From an uncultured Candidatus Saccharibacteria bacterium (GTDB taxonomy: Bacteria; Patescibacteriota; Minisyncoccia; Phycocordibacterales; UBA9973): a stretch of DNA of 55,453 nucleotides. The stretch is from assembly GCA_964599225.1 (NCBI GenBank), contig CAZRDO010000006.1:1-55453 (forward strand), read 5' to 3'. The notes under the pieces were generated by a model that saw only the letters and a program-made list of their open reading frames with translations, was not told where the DNA came from and did not search any database. Position 1 is the stretch's first letter. Each line of letters starts with the position of its first letter. This document shows positions 43,786-53,173 of the stretch, one piece after another. The translations under genes were made by a program, and so were the position numbers.

Positions 43786-45713
43786 TGCGTACATTTTTTT
43801 TGATTATTAGCATATTCTCACTTTTCTATTTGTCGGGATATAGTGCCTTTGCCTCTCCAACAAACGGAACTATAGATGCAACCAACAATACTGCTATCTT
43901 TCTTCAAGATAGCAGTATCATTTATTTTCTGACACCGCTTTCCAGTGGTTCGACGATCCATATTACTGACAGCGGTGTGACGGGGAGTGCCTGGAGTGAA
44001 GAAATGGGTTGGATTCATTTTAATCCCACAAATTATGGTGGTGTTACTATGACGACACTGGGCAGTGGAGTGCTCACGGGTTCTGCATGGGGAGAAAATT
44101 TAGGTTGGGTGTCATTTAATTGTGACACGGGAACTAACTGTGCAAGTAATGATAATTATAAAGTTACTATTGGTTCAGATGGGAAATGGTCTGGATATGC
44201 ATGGGCTACTAACTATGGCTGGATTCGGTTTGATTGTGGGAATTCTGGAGAATGTGTCCAAACGGACTGGCGGCCAGCATCTGTGCGTGCTGAATGCTCT
44301 GATCTTGTTGATAATGACGGAGATGGGGCAACTGATTACCCAGATGATACAGGGTGCACGGATGAAGAGGATACCCAGGAGGCAATAATAAAAATTATTG
44401 GATCTGGTGGTGGCGAGGAGAATCCATCACTCTGTACTGATCCAAGCGCTCTCAACACAGGCGGCACACTACCGTGCCAGTATGGGACATACCTATGTTT
44501 CGATGCCGGTGCACTGAATTTTGGCGGGTCACTGCCGTGTCAGTATCCAGAAAACAAAAGTGATCTTTGTGAAGACCATACCGCGGACAATTATGGTGGC
44601 GCACTACCTTGTCAGTTTGCGTCCTGCTCTGGCGATGAGTGTACGCCCTCAGTTGAATGTGTAGGCGAAGACTGTATTATCAATCCTCCGGCGAATCCTA
44701 GTGAATCTGGAAGTTCAAGCTCGCAACCCTTAATTACTCCACAAAGTATGGGTAATATATTGAGTGGCTTTTTTACAAACACTACCGCTACAGCAGCACT
44801 TCTTACTAGTGGACTCCTCTCCCTTCTTGCTCCTTTGTTTCTCAACCCACTTTCTCTCAGTGAGCTTATACTTCTACCGACGCGCTTGTGGTCACTTCTC
44901 ATGACTGCATTTGGACTTAAAAAACGCCGTCCGCCATGGGGCGTGGTCTATGACTCTGTGACCAAACAACCACTTGACCCTGCCTATGTAATACTCAACG
45001 ACAGCGCTGGCAAAGAAGTTGCAACTGCAATTACTGATTTCGATGGTAGATATGGATTTTTTTCCATGACTGGTACTTTTACCATTGTTGCGAATAAAAC
45101 TAACTATGAGTTTCCTTCAAAAAGATTAGCATCCCGTACCCATGATGAGCTCTATCAGAATTTGTATTTTGGAGAATCAATTAGTATTGATAAAGAAAGC
45201 GCATTACTTGTGCGCAATATCCCACTTGACCCTCTTTCGTTTGATTGGAATGAATTTACCAAGCGGAATCAAAAATTGACGAAATTCTATTCGAGAAGCA
45301 ATCGTATTATGCAACGCCTCGCAGACATACTTTTTGTTGCAGGGTTTGTTATATCACTCGTTGCTACCGTGACGACGCCTGTACTGTACAACATTGGAAT
45401 TTTCTGTCTGTATATTTTACTTGCGATTGCCAAAGGACTACGTGTGAGTCCGTATTCACTTGCTCGAGTCATTGAAAGAGAGACAGGTTACCCGCTCTCA
45501 TTTAGTATTGTCAGAATTTATTCAGCAGGTATGCACCAGGAAATTGCCCATAAAGTAACCAATACCATTGGCCAATTCTATGCACTTGTCCCAAATGGCT
45601 CCTATTACCTGACAATAGAGAGAAAAAATCAAGATTTAAGTTATACACTCGTTCACACATCTCAAGTATTTCCTATTACACATGGATATATCAATAAAAC
45701 ATTTAGAGTATAA
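43785..45713 (+). CDS. Module A1: surface/membrane protein with GW repeats, a Cys-bracketed DNDGDG motif, LPCQ Cys repeats, hydrophobic segments and CarboxypepD_reg-like domains
   Basis: Signal MRTFFLIISIFSLFYLSGYSAFA. TGSAWSEEMGWIHFNP, TGSAWGENLGWVSFNC, SGYAWATNYGWIRFDC. CSDLVDNDGDGATDYPDDTGC. WGVVYDSVTKQPLDPAYV...DFDGRYGF. The ATG overlaps the M50 stop (TAATG). Confidence 0.7.
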   Translation: MRTFFLIISIFSLFYLSGYSAFASPTNGTIDATNNTAIFLQDSSIIYFLTPLSSGSTIHITDSGVTGSAWSEEMGWIHFNPTNYGGVTMTTLGSGVLTGSAWGENLGWVSFNCDTGTNCASNDNYKVTIGSDGKWSGYAWATNYGWIRFDCGNSGECVQTDWRPASVRAECSDLVDNDGDGATDYPDDTGCTDEEDTQEAIIKIIGSGGGEENPSLCTDPSALNTGGTLPCQYGTYLCFDAGALNFGGSLPCQYPENKSDLCEDHTADNYGGALPCQFASCSGDECTPSVECVGEDCIINPPANPSESGSSSSQPLITPQSMGNILSGFFTNTTATAALLTSGLLSLLAPLFLNPLSLSELILLPTRLWSLLMTAFGLKKRRPPWGVVYDSVTKQPLDPAYVILNDSAGKEVATAITDFDGRYGFFSMTGTFTIVANKTNYEFPSKRLASRTHDELYQNLYFGESISIDKESALLVRNIPLDPLSFDWNEFTKRNQKLTKFYSRSNRIMQRLADILFVAGFVISLVATVTTPVLYNIGIFCLYILLAIAKGLRVSPYSLARVIERETGYPLSFSIVRIYSAGMHQEIAHKVTNTIGQFYALVPNGSYYLTIERKNQDLSYTLVHTSQVFPITHGYINKTFRV

Positions 45714-45754
45714 TAGAAAGTATTATCTTAACTGATGAAAAAACGCGCATAGTT

Positions 45755-47992
45755 TTGTTTGCCAGTTTCCTTTTTAAAAGGAATAGGCTTTTAGTAATTG
45801 CGCTCCTTTTTCTCTTCACATGTTCTGTTTCGATCCGATTTGCAGTGAGTTATTTTGAACCTGGCACCACTCCCGATCCATCTTGTTCGCCAACGGATCC
45901 TACCTGTACTGTTTTGATATTTCCAGATCAAAGTTCACATGATGGTGAATTTCTATCTACAGACGGTACTACTGTCTCATGGGCAAGCGTAGGCGCCGCT
46001 CTAACTGGAAGCGGTACTACATCTCGAGTGCCATATTGGACTAGTGCTACAAACCTTGGAGATGAAGCTGGGTTTGAGTATGACGCCACGACAAATATTT
46101 TTAAATCTTCAATTATAAGTGGAACAACTGAATTTAGAGTTGGAACAGGTTTTTTTGGAACACAAGATACAAACTTGTTAAATGTTCGATTGGGTTCAGG
46201 TTCTGGTAGTGCCATTACTTCGGGTACTAATAATCTTCTTCTTGGTATCAATGCAGGTACCGCACTTAGCACAAGCTCATATAACACAATCATTGGAGTG
46301 AATGCAGGGACTTCTCTTACTACGGGCGGAGGGTCAAATGTCTTTATCGGGGAAGAAGCCGGCCATGATCAAACTACAGGATATGAAAATGTATTTATTG
46401 GACAAGGGGCAGGCAGTAATGTACTTTCAGGTCAACGAAGTATTGCGATTGGTACTTCTGCAGCGATTAATAGTACTTCGGCAGATAGGTTTACTGCGAT
46501 AGGTTTTGGTGCACTTGGATCACAAGTAGGTGCAGCAGATAATGTCGGCATCGGCTATGCTGCTGGTACGCTCGCCACAGGGTCAAGTAATGTGTTTATT
46601 GGAAGTGGAGCGGGATATAGTACTACTTCTGCGCAATCTAATGTTTTTTTAGGGTACTCAGCAGTAATGACTGATATTACTGATTCAAATAATTTTGTTG
46701 GTGGTAGTTCTTATGCACCTATCTACGATGTCTTCATTGGCCAAGGAGATTTTAATGCTAGTGCATCAGCAGTCACCTACCATGGGACAGGCGGACTAGG
46801 TAGTGATAAAGTCGGTGGAGATTTTGTCGTAGCTGCAGGACAGGCCACAGGAAATGCACTTGGTGGGTCAATTTTATTTAAAACTTCTAATAGTGGAGTT
46901 TCTGGATCAACACTTCAGTCACTCACAACAAAAATGGCACTTACACCAGAAGGGAATTTCGGTATCGGAACTACTGCTCCAGAAGCGCAGCTTCAAATTG
47001 GCGATACTAATCCATCAGATGTAGTTGATTGGAATATCTATCTATATAATCCTTCCTTTCCACGCATTGGAATTGATGCAGGGAATAATAATAGTGCAGT
47101 TGAATTTTTAGATTCTGGAGTTAGGAAATGGGCGATCGGGAGTGATGACGGGACATTTGTCATTTTCGATACCCCATTTGATGGGCCAAGATTTTCAATT
47201 ACTAATACAGGAAATGTCAGTGTGGGAACAGGAGTTGCAGACTACCTTCTCGATGTAGATAAAACAAATGTCGATACAAATATTTTTGCACTACATGATT
47301 CTGACGGTGAATGTCTTCATAATCCTGAATCAGGCTCAGAGACAGTCACATGCTCTTCGGATGAACGACTCAAGACCAATATTACTGATGCAAATACGAT
47401 GTTGCCCTACTTTAAAGATCTCAGAATTAGGCAGTATGATGTCATTGCAGGAGGAGATCATCTTACGGGTGTGATTGCTCAAGAGGTCCAAGTATTTCAT
47501 CCAGAACTTGTGACTGAGGGTCCAAACGGATATTTGAGTGTGGCCGCACCAAATACTTGGCAGTTGATTAAAGCACTTCAAGAGCTTGATTTAAAAATCG
47601 AGCCACTATCTTCACTTGATCTTGAAGTTTCTGGCTCGTTCGCATCACTTATCAAGACCTACCTTGAGAATGCAGCCAATGGAGTAGAAACATTTTTTGC
47701 TCACAAAATTCAAACACATGAGCTGTGTCTTGATGATGTCTGTGTGACCAAGGATGATCTCCAGAAACTTATTGATGAAAAAAACAATATCCAAGAACAA
47801 CAGGACAATGACGAAGAAGATCCCGAGCTTATAGAAGATAGTGGCGATGATACTTCAATCGATCCACCGAAGGAGTATATTGATGACCCGGAAAAGCCCC
47901 CAGAGATTCCTGAGCCAATTATCGATGAAAAAAGTATTGAAGATCCAGATCTTACACCTGAAAATAACGTGATTGATTTGAATCCATTGTGA
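45755..47992 (+). CDS. Module B1: N-terminally anchored tail-fibre-like protein with a C-terminal endosialidase-type intramolecular chaperone (Peptidase_S74-like) domain and an acidic tail
   Basis: TM LLVIALLFLFTCSVSI. Repeats NVFIGxxAG / IAIGxxA. CSSDERLKTNI...GVIAQEV...LIKALQELDLKIE. TTG start at 45755 inferred by alignment to B2. Confidence 0.65.
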   Translation: MFASFLFKRNRLLVIALLFLFTCSVSIRFAVSYFEPGTTPDPSCSPTDPTCTVLIFPDQSSHDGEFLSTDGTTVSWASVGAALTGSGTTSRVPYWTSATNLGDEAGFEYDATTNIFKSSIISGTTEFRVGTGFFGTQDTNLLNVRLGSGSGSAITSGTNNLLLGINAGTALSTSSYNTIIGVNAGTSLTTGGGSNVFIGEEAGHDQTTGYENVFIGQGAGSNVLSGQRSIAIGTSAAINSTSADRFTAIGFGALGSQVGAADNVGIGYAAGTLATGSSNVFIGSGAGYSTTSAQSNVFLGYSAVMTDITDSNNFVGGSSYAPIYDVFIGQGDFNASASAVTYHGTGGLGSDKVGGDFVVAAGQATGNALGGSILFKTSNSGVSGSTLQSLTTKMALTPEGNFGIGTTAPEAQLQIGDTNPSDVVDWNIYLYNPSFPRIGIDAGNNNSAVEFLDSGVRKWAIGSDDGTFVIFDTPFDGPRFSITNTGNVSVGTGVADYLLDVDKTNVDTNIFALHDSDGECLHNPESGSETVTCSSDERLKTNITDANTMLPYFKDLRIRQYDVIAGGDHLTGVIAQEVQVFHPELVTEGPNGYLSVAAPNTWQLIKALQELDLKIEPLSSLDLEVSGSFASLIKTYLENAANGVETFFAHKIQTHELCLDDVCVTKDDLQKLIDEKNNIQEQQDNDEEDPELIEDSGDDTSIDPPKEYIDDPEKPPEIPEPIIDEKSIEDPDLTPENNVIDLNPL

Positions 47993-48066
47993 TATATGTA
48001 CGTATGTGTTGAGAGTTGTATAATTGCGTGATTTTTAAAAAAGAAATTCTAGAGTAGAATGTATAG

Positions 48067-50184
48067 ATGTATGTTCGCAAGTTTTTTGCATTAGTTCTTA
48101 TGCTCTTTAGCATACTTATTTTACCGGGAAATCTTCTTGCAGTGACAGGTACAATCAATCCGGATAATGATGATTCATACTTTGCAGAAATACTTCGAGA
48201 TGAAAGCCAAATCAATTTTGGTTATTTCACACAACCAGGAATTGATGCCTACAATATAACTATTTCTGATACCGAGCTTACAGGATACGCTTGGGCCAGT
48301 AGTTATGGGTGGATTAGTTTGAACTGTAGTAATGGAAACAACTCGTGTGCAACTGCTGACTTTAAAGTAGCAAATAACCTCATTGATACTCCGAGTACAA
48401 CAGTAAATACACTCTCTCAGCTCTCTGGCTATGCATGGGGCGAAAGGATTGGATGGATAAATTTTGGACCATTTGATAATGAAGATGCTGAAAATGAGCG
48501 AGTAATTATTACGAATGGTGAATTCTCTGGCTATGCATGGGGTCAGAATGTTGGCTGGATAAAATTTGGTTGTGACGATGCAGATTCTTGTGTAAGGACT
48601 GATTGGGGGACGCAATGTAATGATGGAGTCGATAATGATAGTGATGGTACTATCGATTATCCAGCAGATATAAGTTGTGATAGTACAAGTGGAAATTCTG
48701 AAGCTGGCATCGAGTGTGATGACCAAATTGATAACGATGGTGATGGTCTAGTTGATTTCCCAGATGATATAGGCTGCGCCTCATTGCTTAGTACCAGTGA
48801 AGATCCTCAGTGTGATGATGATATTGATAACGATAATGATGGATTGATTGATTACCCGCTTGATCCAACTTGTAGTTTTGCATCAAGTACTACAGAAGGA
48901 ATTGATGATCGAGACCCTGTTGAGAGTAATAATCCTGTTAGCAGTGACGGAATTCCCGGCGTTCATCCAGCTAATCCGATTGACATTGGTGATGATATCC
49001 CAGTCGATGAGGAGGACCCTGTTGATGAAGAAAATCCCGATGACGTAATCCCTGACAGTACACCAGTTGATACAAATGAAGATGAGAATAATGACAGTGG
49101 AGGACCAGAGATTCCTGATGACTCTAACGAAATAGTAGAAGATGACAAAGGGCTAGGTATTTCACTTGATTTTTTACCAGATGGCTTTCAAAATGCTGCA
49201 GATAAAATAATTGGTGGCGTAAGTGATAGCCTCTCTACAAGTCTAGGCCGGAGTATTTCGACACTCGTTACTAGTGCAGGTGCAGCTATTGGTGTGGCAG
49301 TGATTGCCCCAACGCTTATTACGGTGTTCAATATTTCAGAGGTAGCACTCATTCCATTTCGTATCGGGTCACTGGTGCTTTCAGCGTTTGGGGTCCGTCG
49401 TCGTTCATGGGGCGTTGTCTATGACTCTGTGACCAAACAACCACTTGATCCTGTGTATGTGTCACTTCTTGATGTTAGTAATAATGAAATAACAAATGCG
49501 ATTACTGATCTTGATGGTCGGTATGGATTTATTGTAAAGAAGGGAACATACAAACTTACTGCCAATAAAGCTAATTACACCTTTCCCTCAGTAAAACTCT
49601 ACGGTGCGACTGAAGATGAATTTTATAAAGATCTCTACTTGAGTGGAGAAATTGTTATTGAAAATGATGGAGATGTGATTAATCGCAATATTCCCATGGA
49701 TCCAGTCGGAAAAGATTGGAATGAAACTGCCAAGCGTGAGCGTAAGGTTATGCGTTTCTACTCAGCACGTCGTCTCTTCATGCACCGTGCATCAAGAATA
49801 TGCTTCTACATAGGGTTCCTACTTTCAGTGTGCGCTGTCTTCATTATTGAGAAGCCATATACATTTGCTATTGTAGGATTCTATGTACTCATGTTCCTGC
49901 TCCGTCGAGTAGGTATAAAGGAAAAGGTTAAGGGCGTAATCTTCGAGAAAGGCACGGGGTACGGTATTCCATTTGCTGTCGTGAGAGTTTTTTCTGAAAG
50001 AACCAATACACAAATCAAAAACTGTGTCGCTGATGTGAATGGTAAATACCTCTGTCTTGTCAGTAATGGCAGATACTATATAAAGATTGAAAAGAAAAAT
50101 CAGGATGGAAGTTATACCCCGGTGTATACTTCTACACCAATGGATGTCAAAAAAGGAGTCATTAATCGTTCATTTGAGTTATAA
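48067..50184 (+). CDS. Module A2: paralog of A1 with three DNDxDG motifs and an acidic Pro-rich central region
   Basis: TGYAWASSYGWISLNC, SGYAWGERIGWINFGP, SGYAWGQNVGWIKFGC. CNDGVDNDSDGTIDYPADISC, CDDQIDNDGDGLVDFPDDIGC, CDDDIDNDNDGLIDYPLDPTC. WGVVYDSVTKQPLDPVYV...DLDGRYGF. Confidence 0.7.
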   Translation: MYVRKFFALVLMLFSILILPGNLLAVTGTINPDNDDSYFAEILRDESQINFGYFTQPGIDAYNITISDTELTGYAWASSYGWISLNCSNGNNSCATADFKVANNLIDTPSTTVNTLSQLSGYAWGERIGWINFGPFDNEDAENERVIITNGEFSGYAWGQNVGWIKFGCDDADSCVRTDWGTQCNDGVDNDSDGTIDYPADISCDSTSGNSEAGIECDDQIDNDGDGLVDFPDDIGCASLLSTSEDPQCDDDIDNDNDGLIDYPLDPTCSFASSTTEGIDDRDPVESNNPVSSDGIPGVHPANPIDIGDDIPVDEEDPVDEENPDDVIPDSTPVDTNEDENNDSGGPEIPDDSNEIVEDDKGLGISLDFLPDGFQNAADKIIGGVSDSLSTSLGRSISTLVTSAGAAIGVAVIAPTLITVFNISEVALIPFRIGSLVLSAFGVRRRSWGVVYDSVTKQPLDPVYVSLLDVSNNEITNAITDLDGRYGFIVKKGTYKLTANKANYTFPSVKLYGATEDEFYKDLYLSGEIVIENDGDVINRNIPMDPVGKDWNETAKRERKVMRFYSARRLFMHRASRICFYIGFLLSVCAVFIIEKPYTFAIVGFYVLMFLLRRVGIKEKVKGVIFEKGTGYGIPFAVVRVFSERTNTQIKNCVADVNGKYLCLVSNGRYYIKIEKKNQDGSYTPVYTSTPMDVKKGVINRSFEL

Positions 50185-50198
50185 TAAACTTGTGGATT

Positions 50199-52658
50199 AT
50201 GTCTCAATGGTTTCTTAAAAAAAATCGTGTTCTTGTTCTTGCACTGACTTTCCTTGTTTTTTTCTCATGGACGGTTTCTTTTGTCTTTGCTGATCCACCT
50301 ACGTCTCCGTATACTGCACCTGCAACACTTCAGCCAGACTGTGCTCCAGGGAGTAGTGTAAATTGTACGGTTGCAGATAACCTTGGCATAGGCTCAACTA
50401 TTACATCGGCGACAGCTGGTTCAATACTCTTTGCAGGTACTAGTGGCGTGCTCGCTCAAGATAATACTAATTTCTTATGGGATGATGCTAATAACCAGCT
50501 TCGTCTCGGGGCAGGTACCGCATCGTTGCCTGCCTATACGTTTGCAGGGGATACAACTACAGGGCTTTTTAGTGTTTCTGCCGGAACAATTGGGTTTACA
50601 TTTAGTGGTACCCAGCGTTATTCAATAAGCGGCTCATCATTTGCCTCAGGAACAACTGGCGGTTTTTCAATCGGACGTGCAATCGGCTCGGCAACTGCAC
50701 CAACGTATACATTTACAGGTGATGGTAATACTGGTATCTATCGTGATGCTGCCGACACACTTGAATTTGCAACTGCAGGAAGTGAAAGAGCTCGCTTTGA
50801 TTCGTCTGGTAACTTTGGTATTGGTGAGACAACACCCGCAAGTCTCTTGACGGTAGGCTCAGGTGATCTGTTTCAGGTTAATTCCTCTGGTGCCATTGCT
50901 GCAGCGACTGGTATTACGTCTTCAGGTACAATCAATTTCTCTGGACTCACCGCATCAAAACTTGTTTTCACCGACGGATCAAAAAATCTCTCTTCAACAG
51001 GGACGGTTCCTATCGATCAGGGTGGTACCGGACTGACGAGTACGCCAACAAATGGTCAGCTTTTTATTGGTAATGGTTCAGGTTACACACTGGCGACCAT
51101 TACTGCTGGTACTGGAGTATCGGTGACGAGTGGATCTGGTTCAATTACCATCGCCGCTACAGGTTCGGCGAGTAATGAATTTTCTGATAATGTTTTTCGA
51201 ATTATTGATAACGGAGATGCTTCAAAGGCAATTGCCTTTGAAGCATCTGGTATTACGACTGCAACGACTAGGACATTTACCGTACCAGATGCCAGTGGCA
51301 CGCTTGCGCTCACTACTACTCCGGGAACATCAGGGACTGATGTGAACTGGTCAGCGGCTGGAACACTTAATATTCCTGACGCTTCAGCAACAAACCGTGG
51401 TGTGGTCAATACAACTACACAAACATTTATTGGTGACAAAACATTTAATAATACTGTAGTTGTAAACAGAAACTCTTCATCAGCACTTGCGGTTGGTACT
51501 ACCAACTTTGCGTTTCGTACAACGAATGCGGGTTCGAATGTGACCTCACAGACTATATTTGATGTTGATAATGCTGCCGCAACTGCCGGAGCTCAAGGGT
51601 TTGCTTTTGAGACTGCAAATGGTTTCGTGCTGACAAGTGCCAATGGGACTCGTCGTATTGCGCGTGCCGCACTTAAGCTCACAAATTTAGGGAACACTGC
51701 AGGAAGTGAAACGGGTGATCTTTCATTTTATACAAAAGCCTCTGGTGCAGCTATTGCCGAACGATTTAGAATTGACTCAGCAGGAAAACTTTTTGTCACC
51801 TCTGGACTTGCTGCCTCAACAGGCACTCCTGATGCACTGTGTATGAATACTTCAACTTTTGAAATTACTCACAATACTGGTACCGCAACTTGTACAGTTT
51901 CCTCTGCACGATTCAAGCACGATATTGAGACCTATGAAGATAGTGGGCTCGATATTGTGAATGCACTTCGTCCAGTGACCTACGTTTATAATGACACTGA
52001 AAATCCTCGCATTGGATTTATCGCTGAAGATGTTGAAGAGGTTGATACGAGATTAATGTTCTATGAAGCTGATGGAGTGACGCCTCGCGGAGTCCGTTAT
52101 GAAGACATCGTACCAGTACTCACGAAAGCCGTACAGGAACTCGATCTGAAAATTGAACCACTTACCTCACTGGATTTAGAAGACGAACATTCTCTCGGCA
52201 GCCTTATCAAACAATTTCTCGCCGATGCAAGCAACAGCATCAGTGATCTCTTCGCTCATCGTATTCACACACAAACACTTTGTGTGGGTGAGTCAGGAAA
52301 TGAAACTTGTATTTCAAAGAGTGAATTGGATTCATTACTCGAGAGAAGAAATCATAGTAGTGGTGGGAGTGCACCAGATCCTATAATTGAAGATGAAAAT
52401 CCCACTCCACTTGAAGATCCGAACCCTACTCCAGAAGAAGAACCAAATCTAGGGGATGATACGGGTGAAGATGGAGAACCTGATTCTAATAATGAGGATG
52501 TCCCAGGTGATTTACCATCACCTGAGCCACCTATCGATGATGGCACTTCAGTAGCAGATGATGATGGTACAGATGAGGTACCGGATACAACGGATGAAGG
52601 AGGCAATAGAGGTGAAAGTCTCATTGGAGAAGGCGTAAGTCCTGAAATCCTTCCATAA
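50199..52658 (+). CDS. Module B2: paralog of B1, a tail-fibre-like protein with an S74-like chaperone domain and an acidic tail
   Basis: TM VLVLALTFLVFFSWTVSFVFA. Fibre repeats (PAYTFAGDTTTGLF, PTYTFTGDGNTGIY, GNFGIGETTPASLLTV). VSSARFKHDI...GFIAEDV...LTKAVQELDLKIE. Confidence 0.7.
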   Translation: MSQWFLKKNRVLVLALTFLVFFSWTVSFVFADPPTSPYTAPATLQPDCAPGSSVNCTVADNLGIGSTITSATAGSILFAGTSGVLAQDNTNFLWDDANNQLRLGAGTASLPAYTFAGDTTTGLFSVSAGTIGFTFSGTQRYSISGSSFASGTTGGFSIGRAIGSATAPTYTFTGDGNTGIYRDAADTLEFATAGSERARFDSSGNFGIGETTPASLLTVGSGDLFQVNSSGAIAAATGITSSGTINFSGLTASKLVFTDGSKNLSSTGTVPIDQGGTGLTSTPTNGQLFIGNGSGYTLATITAGTGVSVTSGSGSITIAATGSASNEFSDNVFRIIDNGDASKAIAFEASGITTATTRTFTVPDASGTLALTTTPGTSGTDVNWSAAGTLNIPDASATNRGVVNTTTQTFIGDKTFNNTVVVNRNSSSALAVGTTNFAFRTTNAGSNVTSQTIFDVDNAAATAGAQGFAFETANGFVLTSANGTRRIARAALKLTNLGNTAGSETGDLSFYTKASGAAIAERFRIDSAGKLFVTSGLAASTGTPDALCMNTSTFEITHNTGTATCTVSSARFKHDIETYEDSGLDIVNALRPVTYVYNDTENPRIGFIAEDVEEVDTRLMFYEADGVTPRGVRYEDIVPVLTKAVQELDLKIEPLTSLDLEDEHSLGSLIKQFLADASNSISDLFAHRIHTQTLCVGESGNETCISKSELDSLLERRNHSSGGSAPDPIIEDENPTPLEDPNPTPEEEPNLGDDTGEDGEPDSNNEDVPGDLPSPEPPIDDGTSVADDDGTDEVPDTTDEGGNRGESLIGEGVSPEILP

Positions 52659-52724
52659 TCTTGCATATTACTTAAATATATAGTACGCTATGGAGCACAT
52701 AGTCTTTGTGGCTATTTATTTTTT

Positions 52725-53141
52725 ATGGCACGAATTTCACAACTTATTCGAAAACCTCGCCGACGCATCGTGAAGCGCTCAAAGGCTGTTGCCCTTGCGG
52801 TTGGTTTCAACGTGCTTAAGAATCGGCCAGTCTACTACAACTCACCATTTAAGCGTGGTGTCTGTACCAAAGTTTCAACAACAACACCTAAGAAGCCTAA
52901 CTCAGCTCTCCGAAAGATTGCTCGTGTACGTCTTACGAACGGTAGAGAGGTCACGGCATACATTCCAGGCGAAGGACACAATCTTCAAGAGCACTCAGTG
53001 GTCATTATCCGCGGTGGTCGTGTGAAAGACCTTGTTGGTGTTCGTTACCATATTGTCCGTGGCCGACTTGATGCACAGGGTGTTGAGAAGCGTCGCCAAA
53101 GTCGCTCACTCTACGGTAACAAGCGTCCAAAAGCTAAATAA
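52725..53141 (+). CDS. rpsL: 30S ribosomal protein S12, with an internal insertion relative to typical bacterial S12
   Basis: [62 protein letters not shown]. Extra segment [18 protein letters not shown] lies before KRGVC. Confidence 0.95.
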   Translation: MARISQLIRKPRRRIVKRSKAVALAVGFNVLKNRPVYYNSPFKRGVCTKVSTTTPKKPNSALRKIARVRLTNGREVTAYIPGEGHNLQEHSVVIIRGGRVKDLVGVRYHIVRGRLDAQGVEKRRQSRSLYGNKRPKAK

Positions 53142-53173
53142 TCTTAATTTAAAATTTTTAATTCATACATTAA

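Noticed and set aside
48175-48726. 183-aa minus-strand ORF inside module A2
   Set aside because: It is antisense to the A2 region, which carries conserved GW and DNDxDG repeats shared with A1. The antisense product is I/T-rich low complexity.
43785-52658. Interpreting the A/B block as an intact prophage or phage-tail-like particle cluster
   Set aside because: Only fibre-like genes are present. There is no integrase, terminase, capsid, portal, sheath, tube or baseplate ORF, and housekeeping genes abut both sides. A domesticated phage-fibre origin for the B genes remains possible.
52661-52689. TTGCAT box upstream of rpsL as a sigma70 promoter
   Set aside because: With a 17-nt spacer the -10 would be the weak TACGCT. 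The better TATAGT lies only 12 nt away. This is too ambiguous to call.
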